From assembly GCA_051362555.1 (NCBI GenBank), contig CM120649.1:15762567-15826566 (forward strand): a DNA stretch of 64,000 bases, read 5' to 3'. Shown one piece after another: positions 53,563-64,000 of the stretch (position 1 is the first letter of the stretch; each line of letters begins with the position of its first letter). The notes under the pieces are model-generated. The model did not search any database, was not told the DNA's origin, and was given only the letters and a program-made list of their open reading frames with translations. Position numbers and translations under genes: made by a program. Source of the stretch: Lingula anatina. Its lineage: Eukaryota; Animalia; Brachiopoda.

Positions 53563-56140
53563 CAACATTGGTCAAAAAGGTTGTCCCACCCCCATTTCCA
53601 TGTACAGGGTTACCACTTAATATGGAATATTTTTTATCATTGTTATTTTTGAGTGCTGATTAATTTTTTTTAGCTTGAGTCATTAAAAAAGTATGTCACA
53701 GAGTGATAATAACATCCAGTCTTCTGTTGTGAGATATTTTGGTCAATAATATTAAATCTGACATAAGATGCCATTCAAAAGAAAGGAACACCCCCAGAAA
53801 ACCATATCAACAGTTTGATGTCAGTATAAACTTTAAGATAAGATATTAAAAAAAATGATAACCTCCGGACAGTGATATGTTACACAGTCAAAGAACTCAC
53901 TACAGTAAATCATGGAAAGTCAGTAATTGCGGGTATGACCTCCAGCAGCCGCTTGCCGCGACCTCATCCTACATGGCATATCCTGTGACACGTTTTTTAG
54001 AGTTTGGGTGGGGATATCATTCCACGCAGTGATATTTGCCTGTCGCAGTTCATCACTATTTACCGGCCAAGGACCATAGCTATTAAACCTGTGAGTTACT
54101 TCCGCCCACAGATTTTCAATTGGGCTCATATCTGGAGAGTTTGCAGGCCAGGGCAGTTGCTGAACCCATTGGTTTTGAAGAAAAACAGTGATTCTGCGGC
54201 CTCGATGTGGGGTTGCGCAGTCGTCTTGGTACACAAAGTTGTTCCTGAAGATGAATCTTACCAATCGAAGCATTGTTTGCTGTAGAATGTCTCTGTAGGA
54301 ATCCTGGATGAGGTTGCCTTCTAGAAAAAAAACTGGTTCTGGGCACCGACATGAAATACTCCCCAAACAGAGACGTTACCATCCCCTGCTTGCACCCTAG
54401 GCAGTACAAAATCATTGTTTTATGCCCCTCGTACACGTCGGTGGACACGGATTCGACGATCAACCCTAAAAAATCCATATCTGGCCTTATCACTGAAAAC
54501 AACGTGTTTTGGCTGCAAACGCACGTGGTCCCAAGCCCTTTGCAGACGTCGCTGTATATGACCTGCTGTTAACAGTGGTTTCCCTACTGGCCTTCGTGCA
54601 AAATAACCGGCTTGCAGAAATCTCTTGTTCACGTGGGACCTTGAAACGGGCGTTTGAATGACATTCTGCCTCTCTTTTCTGAGGACACTGGTTGTCTTTG
54701 TACGACCAGCACGGCCTCCACTAAGGAGAAGGCGATCCTGTCTTCTTGGTGTGATACGCGGACACCCAGTTCGAGGTATTGGAGTAGGTGCCCCTGTAGC
54801 AGCATTTCTTTGGAGGACTTCACAAACGGTTCCTGATAAATGTTGAATTACCTGGCAATGGCTGTCCGTTTCTGGCCATTTTCTCTGACAGCAAGAATCT
54901 CATAGTAAGCTGCGTTGCTTTGCTGTCGTACCATATCTTCACTAAGGTACCTGTCAAGTTTCAGAGCGATCCCTTTGTTGCTTCTCTAAACACGCTCCAA
55001 AGATTGACCAAACCCATGCGTTTTTATACAAGGGCAGAAATTGCCGAAAAGACCACCCCTCACATTTCTGACCACAGGACATGCAACTGCATGCATCAAT
55101 TGTTTCGAGAGTTGTGTGGTAATTAGGTAACACATCTGGCTACACATGGAGTGACACCTCAGCTTTGGAATTAAAGTAGTTAGAGAGAAATTAAATATTT
55201 TGTAGAAAATTTATTCGCCAAAAAATAATATTCCATATTAAGTGGTAACCCTGTACTTTTATTTACAAATGATCACCTCACAGCTGTAAATTGTTAGAAA
55301 TAGTGCTTTTTATTATACTCTGACTAACATGATTAATGGTTAAAAAAAATACAAAATAGTGGTGAAAATATACATTTTATACCGTTTAGTAAAATTTTGA
55401 GGTACCCCCTCAAATCCACTGTTTCACTGTGACTTCTACAGATGTAAAGAAATGTCTATTAAATTGAAAAGACGCCATCAAATGTCACCAAATTCACACA
55501 CAATATTAGCATTAGGGTCTGCTCATTAAAGGTCACGTGCCTAACAGCGTGTGCGTCTACCGCGTACTACAATTATCTCCTGTAGACGGCGCGACAAGCC
55601 TTCAACATGGGTAACAATTCTGTTATATGGGATATTGTCCCATTCATCCTAAAGAGCGTGGCGGAATTGGTCAAGATTATTTGGGAATTGGTTTTCCTCT
55701 GTAATGCACATTCCAAGTAATGCCACAGGTGCCCAGTAGGATTAATATCAGGGCTCAAAGACGGTTGTCCCCTCCTCAGAGTCCTGTGTTTCTGCTACAA
55801 ATCGCTTGCCAGACGAGAGCTGTGAGCAAGTGCCTTGTCACAATGAAGCCAGTAGCATCCCTGAAGTCACCTCTTGCAAATGGAGTGAGATTTCTGTTGA
55901 GCATGTTACATTAAAATGCCCCTGTTACTTTTTGTTCCAAAAGGAACAATGTACTAATACCATGGGCTTGGAATGTTCTCCAAACGCGGACTGATTTAAC
56001 ACCTCAGGCAATATCCTACACACACCCTTCCAAGAGGCATTTTTAACATGCCTATCGACCCTCATTTGACCATCGATGGGATACAAGAAATAAGCAGTTA
56101 TCCATGCGTACATGCAGGAAACGTGTTCATTCTTTGTCAA
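53563..56140 (-). mobile_element. Older degraded Tc1-like element hosting the nested Tc1 above
   Basis: TA|CAACATTGGTCAAAAAGGTTGTCCCACCCC TIR-like start at 53563, resuming after 55255; second transposase remnant SPDINPTGHLW at 55573-55758; no matching right TIR found. Confidence 0.6.
53605..55253 (-). mobile_element. Full-length Tc1 (DD34E) DNA transposon with a disrupted transposase
   Basis: 27-bp perfect TIRs CAGGGTTACCACTTAATATGGAATATT with TA on both sides; transposase remnants from ATG at about 54934 to 53920 with stops and frameshifts: RRPVGKPLLT, VVFSD, QDDCATPH-(34)-SPDMSPIENLW, GGHTRNY. Confidence 0.93.
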
Positions 56141-56420
56141 TATATAGGTCTAATTTTAACATTAAGAAAATCGTTTTAAAAAGATAACGCGAGGAAAATT
56201 ACTTGTCCAAGTGGAACTTTACTAACATCAGTGTAGCAACTTAAATCACGAAGAAATAAACACCAAATTTATCTGATCTCCGGCGAAAAACTAAACGGAC
56301 ATAATTTTGAACCTTCCTTACTGTTGTTACTGTTGCTCGCAGCGCCAACTTTCAATCTCCAATCTTTCTAGTTTAAACCTGCCACTTCTCAGGAAGCGAG
56401 TATGATGTCTAACTTCTTAC

Positions 56421-56642
56421 TAAGGCTGTATTCCCAGAGCTTTTAGATCGATCTATCCCCGCAGGGAGTCTCACTAGATTACTGTCAGATAATCCGGCTT
56501 AAATGTCCGTCTCACCTACTACAAGCTGTAAGGGGGTAAATAACTTTTGTGTCCGCCCGGCTGACAGCTATTTCGCGTGAACCCCCAGGGAGTTAGGTCG
56601 ATCTAAAGTAGATCGATCTAATCTCTGGAAATGGGGTCTAAA
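56421..56642. mobile_element. Probable MITE with imperfect inverted ends
   Basis: attcccagagc-ttttagatcgatcta at left versus tagatcgatctaatctctggaaat at right. Confidence 0.5.
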
Positions 56643-57280
56643 TTGAAGAATATTTATTTTAAATGACTCAATAAATAATTTGAGGCCATTTTTCGCGGCG
56701 ATGCTGGGTTAAGGAGAAAAAAAAAATCGTTACGTGTTTTGGCGTACGTTACGTGTTTTTGTTTGGTATTTTGTAATATTTTAGCCATTTACAAAATCAA
56801 TTCAGTTACATCGATGAGTTAGCTAGACGATATCGTAACAAGAAACATTCAAATGTTTAACGTGAAACACAACAAAACTGCATTCTTTTTTGTAGTATGC
56901 AAAAGCTTTGTTACCAGGCAATGTGAAAAATGTACTTGATATTGAGTAGAAAATGTATCATTAAATTAAATGTAATTTCCATTTACCGCAGTGCAATTTT
57001 GTTAGTACTAATAACATTCAAACATTAGTCAAAGGCCACATTCATACGTAAAACTAAGCCATAATTTTAATGAACTCAAAATCACTGTGCGCTGTTCATA
57101 TCGGATACATGAATAAAGACTTTTTATATAGCGTATTTTTTATTTTAATTTTTATATAAAAAGTACAAAAATGTTGACAGAGCTGGGCGAGGTTATGATC
57201 AGTGCTGTTTTATTTTTATTATTTTTTTTTACAAAGTAACAATAATGGTACATAGAGGTTATTAAGGGTATCGTATGTAA

Positions 57281-57495
57281 TTACCTCCGCCAAGAAGGTT
57301 ATGTCTTCACCCGTTTGTCTGTCTGTCATCAACAAAAGTTATGGACCGATTTTGATGAAATTTTCAGGAACTGTCAAAGTGGGCCAAGGAAGAGATGATT
57401 AGTGTTTGGTGGTGATCCGGATCAATAATCAATCAATAATAATCAAAAATCGCTGCCTTGGCGGAGGTCTGCGCTCTCGGAGTGCTTTTCTAGTT
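57281..57495 (+). mobile_element. Non-autonomous Helentron/HINE (DINE-1-like) element, copy B
   Basis: TTACCTCCGCCAAG ... (GTCT)n ... CTTGGCGGAGGT, hairpin GCGCTC-tcg-GAGTGC, TTTTCTAGTT; same family as 20272-20458. Confidence 0.78.
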
Positions 57496-57678
57496 TATAA
57501 CATTATTGTTGTAAACATAACGCAAAAACAGATCTAAGCACAAATGATCAGTATTTAACTGGAGATAAGGTATTATCTCTCTTAGCATTCACCTTAATAC
57601 TTCCCATCTTATAAATGACAAAATTAAAACTAAAATTTGGAAATGACGAATTCAATCAAATTCTAATTATTCAGTTAA

Positions 57679-57902
57679 GACTCCGTTCACATGAAAAATC
57701 CATTTTCTAAAAATCTATTTTCTATTCACGGTATCTTGTGATCACTCCGAGCGCAACCGAGAATTAATTACAGCTTTGGAAGTAACTGGCTCGCGCTGCC
57801 AGTAATTCCGCCGCGGGGTATTCAGGGCACAGACCGTGATCACAAGATACCGCGAATAGAAAATAGATTTTTATAAAATAGATTTTTCAAGTGAACGAAG
57901 CC
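57679..57902. mobile_element. MITE with terminal inverted repeats of about 65 bp, flanked by TTAA (Kolobok- or Harbinger-like)
   Basis: gactccgttcacatgaaaaatcc...ggtatcttgtgatcac mirrored by gtgatcacaagatacc...tcaagtgaacgaagcc; TTAA at 57675-57678 and 57903-57906. Confidence 0.8.
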
Positions 57903-58109
57903 TTAATTTCCAATGGTTGACCTAGAAGGCAAAGCAATTGAAGCTTGCTTCTGTTAAATAGTCTTTTTGTATTGAATTGCAATTAAAACTTAATTACATA
58001 AAACCACTGTCATACCGCAGATACATAACACACTCCCTAAAGAAATATATTGTAAATACAGCGAGAAAAATACCAAAGTAAAAACCAACAGCACTAATGA
58101 ACTTTGTCA

Positions 58110-59140
58110 ACTGTAACTAATTAAGGCATTTAGGTAACTGATCCATAAAGTCGGACCTTATTCTAAGATCAGAATTGTGAAATCGAGTCAATGAGTAGGC
58201 TTTTGGTATACTGAATACATGTATACTACATACTTGGACCTAATTCTAAGGCCAGAATGGTGGGGTTGAGTCTATGAATTGGAATTCAGTAAACCATCGA
58301 TTTAGTTTGTCATAATTCTAAGATGAGAGTGGTGGGATGGAGTCCACAAATAGGTGTTTAGGTAACTCATCGATAGACAGACATAATTCTTAGATGAGAA
58401 TGGTGGGATTGCGTCCATGAATAGCCGATCAGTAAACCGATCCATAGAGACGGACCTAATTTTAAGACGAGAATGGTGGGATTGCATCCATGAATAATCT
58501 ATCAGTAAACCAATCCATAGAGACGGACCTAATTTTAAGACGAGAATGGTGGGAACGATTCCATGATTAAGCTTTTAGTAAACTCATTGATACAATCAGA
58601 CAATTCTTAGATGAGAATGGTGGAATTGCGTCCATAAATAGCCAATCAGTAAGTCGATCCATATAGTCAGACCTAATTTTAAAACAAGAATGGTGGGATC
58701 GCGTCCATGAATAGCCTATCAGTAAGTTGATCCATGTAGACGGACCTTATTTTAAGACGAGAATGATGGGATCGCGTCCATGAATAGTTGATCAGAAAAC
58801 CGATCCATAGAGACAGACCTAATTTTAAGACAAGAATGGTGGGATTGCATCCATGAATAGCCAATCAGTAAACCGATACATATACACGGACCTAATTTTA
58901 AGACAAGAATGGTGGGAACGAGTCCACAGGCGTTTAGTAAACCCATCAATAAAGTCGGACCTAAATTTAAGACAAGAATGGTGGGACTGAGGTCATGAAT
59001 AGGCATTTAGTAAGATGATCAATATTGTGGAACCTAATTCTAAGATGAAACGGGTGGGATCGAGTCCACGAATAAGTTTTTAGTAAACAGATTGATAAAG
59101 TCAGACCTAATTTTGAGAGAATAGCAGTATTGAGTCCATA
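58110..59140. repeat. 73-bp tandem satellite, about 14 copies
   Basis: aatggtggga recurs at 58399, 58472, 58545 and onward at about 73-nt period; unit includes cagtaaaccgatccatagagacggacctaattttaagacgag. Confidence 0.92.
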
Positions 59141-60637
59141 TGATAAAGATGAGGATAGGTAGCACTGCACTGCTGGGAGCACCACATTGGTCAGTTCAGT
59201 TCCAGCCACCAAGCCATTCCATGAACTGTGCACCATAATTATCTAGTAGGGCAGTTCAACACGTTTTTCTTTTTTTCTGTAAGATCATTTTTAAACCAGC
59301 ATATCAACAACCCTCTACATAATGAAACCACACTGTCCGTAGCTAGCACAGTCCTGTTCTTGAAACTCCCAGGTTTTTCATCTAGACTCTTCAAACTAAT
59401 CTGAAAGTGAGCAAATAAAATACATATAATGTGTTATTGGTATACACGATACTTTTGAAGTGAATAATTCTCAAATAAATATTAAAATCCAATTTCATAT
59501 AGTCTCTAAGGTTCTTATACATAATGTAAACAATTTTGCCTTTTTTAAAAGTCAACTGTTGTGTGTGTTTTAGCTATTTTGGGGAAAAGTAAATTATAAC
59601 AATCTTCATTGACTTCAACAGTTGCAGATAGATAACGCACACACCTCAATTTCTGTAACAGGTTCAGGGTTAATGTTGCCCCCTGTGGGACATCACATCT
59701 ATGATAACATATAATGGAAGTTTACTTCTTTCTTGCCCTGAAATAGTGTGTTGATTTCTGCTTTGATAATGGTGTGATGGTACTGCATTCATCAATATCA
59801 TGTATGCTAAAAGGCCAGATAAAATCAGTCATTAAAATGGCTAAGTATCAGTGTCTGACTACTGATAAAAAACAGCAATAGCTGGACTAAGATACTTTTC
59901 ATAGCCCCGACTTACGCATATCTAGATCTCAAAGTTTAGCTAGTATGCCAAGCCCTCCCCCAACGATCAGCAAAAGAAATATTACATGATAAATATAGAA
60001 AGGGACATTGTTAACAGATATAAACTTAATATCTAAAATAAGATTACATAAAGGATCTTCCCTACTGCACTCCAAGACCAAAAGTTGACCCCCTCCACGA
60101 GAAGCAACGCTAAAGTATGGTCACAAAAGTGTTTCAAACGCAATAAAATTACATTGCTCAAAATACTCTACCCCTTCACATCATTAAAATTATGTTTTCT
60201 TATTTATTTTTGGCCTCGTACAGCTAATTTAGCTTCCATTCATAAAGTTATGTGAAACTTAATGTCCTCATTTGTTGTACAATCGCCATTTAATCACCTC
60301 TTTCTCATCATTTTACGGTAAAATTTTCTTTTGAAGGAACTCCATCTCGCATAAAAGACCCTCACTCAAAGTGATGCCACACCTGCATCTGTGATTTGCA
60401 GGATGCAATACGATGCTATACTGAGTTTTAGCCTTGAGTTCCAATGGCGGGCTTCTTCCTCCTGTCCTTTTGCCCATGTGGCACAGGTGCGTCCTGATTG
60501 GCTGGTCATACACTCCAATTTCTGATTGGCCAAAAGTCTACAGTAACGATAGCACTTAACCAATGAAAAGCTGTAAATCGTAGACTTTACTGTAGACTCG
60601 ACGTCTACAAAAAATTAAGCATTAGCAATGGAAATGC

Positions 60638-60670
<33 letters not shown>

Positions 60671-60978
60671 CTAAAAATAACTAAAAACATATCTAGAGAT
60701 CATCTTTAGCGAAAAGTAGTCTTTATATTTCCTTTTGATACCAGGGAATAGCAAAATGCATAATTTAAAATTAAAAGCGTAACAACCAGAAACATTCATT
60801 AATATTATAATCAAAATTAAGAATTATCTTCGTAAAATATGTGGAGTTCATCTATGTGACCTTAAATTGTTTTGTTAAATTTATAAACATAGCTAAATAA
60901 TAATTATTTCTTTTTCTCTTAGCTATTATCTCAGCGAGCAGCAAGGTAAACTAATGAGGTCACGGCTCTGATACAAGC

Positions 60979-61145
60979 ATACTTACCTGGCACAGAAGTT
61001 AACCGTGATCATTAAGGCGGTTCTTCATTAGCGAGGCCTCACCATTGCACTATACGGTTTGGCTGACCTGATCGATTACCCCAAATAGGGGTAACTCGGG
61101 TGCGTAATTTTTTATCGTGGGGGACTGCGTTCGCGCTATCCCCTG
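60979..61145 (+). ncRNA. U1: U1 snRNA (variant), copy 4 with diverged flanks
   Basis: Coding part nearly identical to copy 1; flanks only patchily similar. Confidence 0.95.
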
Positions 61146-63405
61146 AAATCAAACTAAAATTAATATCACAAAGATTAGTCCCTAATATACCTCCTCTGTG
61201 CATGCCAAACCTTAAACTTGTTGGCACTCTGATAAGGATGGGGATGGAGTCTCTTGTCACGTATAGCCTTGACAAATATATTAACGCATGCCACTTACAT
61301 GTATCGACTCTTTCACAAAGGGTCCCTTATTTTGTTATCTAATTTTGTTACAAACCAGACCCCTTATCTCCTTGAGTGTACAGCAGAGTTTATGAATTTA
61401 AAGTTTTTTAAAAGCTTTTTTTTTTAAATTTTATTACAGCTCCATTAGAGAATACAACTAGAAATCATTAGGCCTGAAGGTACAAGGGTTCTAAATCTGG
61501 TGGAATATTGTTCATAACTTACCAGAGATGCGAAACATTTTTTAAAAGGCACCTTAATTATCATAATTGGTCAACACTTTTCTGTTATTTCTTTTATTTT
61601 TATTGACAACTTAAGAGGAATTATTGTCATTCCTAGATAAGTCCTCTAATTTTTTATAGGTTTATAAGTTTGTTAAATGATAATGATCCAAGACTTTTTT
61701 CATACAGAAAAAACTTTTTTCTTAGGTTATACCCTCAAAATTCTAACCGGCAATAAATGTGCCATTTTCAAATTGATTACCATCAACCTTTATAAGATTA
61801 AGAAAACAAAATCATATTATTTATTTATTTGTGTGCAACTTGGACACATTTCACATACTTTATGAAATTCTCCCCCCCCTTTTTACTTTGACACCCGCAT
61901 TGTCTTAAATGTTTCATATCTGAGTGTTGAATGAAAAAGTTTTTATGAAATTCCATTTTCATATTGCAAAATATATGTAACAACACCTCATAAGCACAAT
62001 TTTTAAAAACTTATTTTATTACAGACATAAATGTAATTACAATACATACAGTGCATATCAAATACAAATATTTACAATGTAAAAGTTACACATATACTGT
62101 GTATAAATCCAAGTAGCTAAATCACAAAACAGTGACAACTAAAACACAACTAAAACTTTCTCATGGTGAATAATTTAAAAATTCTTAAAAACCTGAAACA
62201 TGGCAGACATATAATACACAGCTGTTTGAGCTGTAAGTAAGAAAAAATTCATCCACACTTTTTTCATAATTGGCCTTCATAATTTTGTACTGCAATTTAT
62301 CCCCATATGTAAACTTCACATGCATGTGTGCCTTTTATGATGGGAAATTCGTCACAACTTCATATTATAACAATAAAAAGATGAAACTAATTAGAACAAC
62401 TTTCCATACTGTAAAAAAGGTGGAAAAAGGTCCTTCTTGAATTAAAATCTGATCAAGGCCTTTTCTCTATCAATCTTTGCCCTTTCTCAAGTTGGATTAA
62501 TTAAAATCCAAATGTCCAGAAATTTTGACTACAGGCCTATAATTCTTACTTGCATGACTGAGCAGGCCAGACCATGACCCCTGCTTTACAATACATAAAC
62601 TCAACATATCACATTAAAAAGTGAATAGAGATATATAATTATAAGAAATACTTACAGCATTAAACACAAATTTGTTAACATCAAGAGATTCTATAGAACA
62701 TGTTAAAACTTATATGTACTGATGAGCACTGTACATAAGCTCCCATTACACGAAAACACAACTTCAGCAAACACCCAGCTGCAATGCTTTTAGAGTGAAC
62801 TGTTTTACAGTGAGCAAACTCATAACACCCCCCTCAGAGAAACTCTTTTGAAACCCTGGTCTAAATCAGATGTCTACATCAGTGGGTGACTAAGCTTCAT
62901 AAAAACCACAAAATGTGTTTTTATAACACAAGAAACAACTTTCTCCTACGTAGATTACTGCCAGTTTGGTTTGCATGCATCTCAGACCCCTCTGTCACCT
63001 TTATTTTAGTAACTAATATTGATATCATGATTGTAGACTCTGGCTCCACTTTCAGGAACAATTCAAAGACGGATCCAGAATTATATTTTCTGACAGTCTT
63101 CCAAATTATCTTTGTTGATCCAGCCTCCAATTTTGACTGTCTTCTGACAGCAAAAAATTAGATGTCCGTCAATGAAAACTTGAAAATCTGACCTAAATCT
63201 GCCCCTGCAAGTATCATATCATTGTAGACTCATGCAGGTTTCACTTTTATCTCAGATCCAATCTATCACTTCGGACACAAGAGGTACCACTGTCAATATA
63301 GTCTGACAGTCCATCCAATTTTAGGTCCAAAGAGACTCTACATCAATAATTTAAGATATCCCTCGGTAAAACCCGATATCCTGGACTGAGGGTGTTGACG
63401 TTCCT

Positions 63406-63866
63406 CAACTTGGTTGTATTTTGAGCTCTCTGACATCTTTAATTTGACAATAAGTCAAGCCTGTAATCAAAAAGTACAGATCTATAAATAGAATATAATA
63501 GTTGCAGGCCATTATTCAAAAGGTTTCAAATGGCAGTTAAATGATCCTTTTTTTAATCATTACTAATTTTAGATTGTTAGATCTGTAAATAGGGGTTTAT
63601 ACAATACAAAGCTCATGGTTATTTCTAAATCTGTTAAGTGTAAGAATTTTCAAAGGAAACCACGATAATATTGAGAAACTTAATTAACCACTGGACCAGA
63701 TAATGAGAGAAATTGCTTGTAGTGACACTGTCATCATAAGAAATATACAAACTCACATAGGGAGAAACAAAAAGTGGTGCCCTTCTTCTAATCCTCCTCA
63801 GTTACCTCTGACACCTGTCGTTTGGGGACAGTTTGAAACACCAGGTGTTCCTGGATGAGGTGAAAC
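63406..63866 (-). CDS. 3'-terminal exons of an unidentified - strand gene entering from the right (exon 63806-63866; last exon from 63460; UTR to about 62000)
   Basis: tatttcag acceptor and gtaac donor bound a 61-nt open exon; ttacag acceptor at 63461; AATAAA on - at 62015-62020. Frame is ambiguous: ...RFHLIQEHLVFQTVPKRQVSEA* or ...GLTYCQIKDVRELKIQPS*. Confidence 0.4.
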
Positions 63867-64000
63867 CTGAAATATAAACAGTTATTTTAATTTAAAAATC
63901 AATGAAAATCTAAAGTGAACACTTCAATATCACTATACAAACCAAGAAGTCAGGACAAAGTGGATTTTACTACCGTACATCAAACATGGCAGATACTTTA

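Noticed and set aside
58110-59140. CRISPR-like array or repeat-protein ORFs
   Set aside because: Whole 73-bp units are similar with no unique spacers, the period is not a multiple of 3, and the context is eukaryotic: it is a satellite.
42610-61145. A functional splicing gene cluster (CWC15 next to U1 genes)
   Set aside because: An unrelated lysozyme gene intervenes and nothing in the sequence links their regulation; proximity alone is weak evidence.

Overview
AT-rich animal genomic DNA, most likely a lophotrochozoan such as a mollusc (inferred from gene content and repeat types). In order, the window holds: (1) the last coding exon and long 3' UTR of an unidentified + strand gene; (2) a complete 13-exon RYK/Derailed Wnt-receptor pseudokinase gene on the - strand (CDS 10058-40846, about 574 aa) with repeat-laden introns; (3) head-to-head with it, a 6-coding-exon CWC15 spliceosome gene with one GC-AG intron; (4) in the probable first CWC15 intron, a perfect 323-bp miniature LTR retrotransposon whose two identical LTRs each carry a tRNA-like Pol III unit (TRIM, Helenus-like); (5) a secreted T4-phage-type (GH24) lysozyme with an intron-free CDS, fused to a granulin-like Cys-rich repeat module, with a probable 5'-UTR intron; (6) four divergent but structurally intact U1 snRNA genes sharing altered stem-loop I loop and Sm-site sequences, interrupted by an L2 LINE fragment and nested Tc1/mariner elements; (7) MITEs, Helentron-type non-autonomous elements and 161-bp and 73-bp satellites; (8) the 3' end of another unidentified - strand gene. 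All calls were made by eye, with no database searches.
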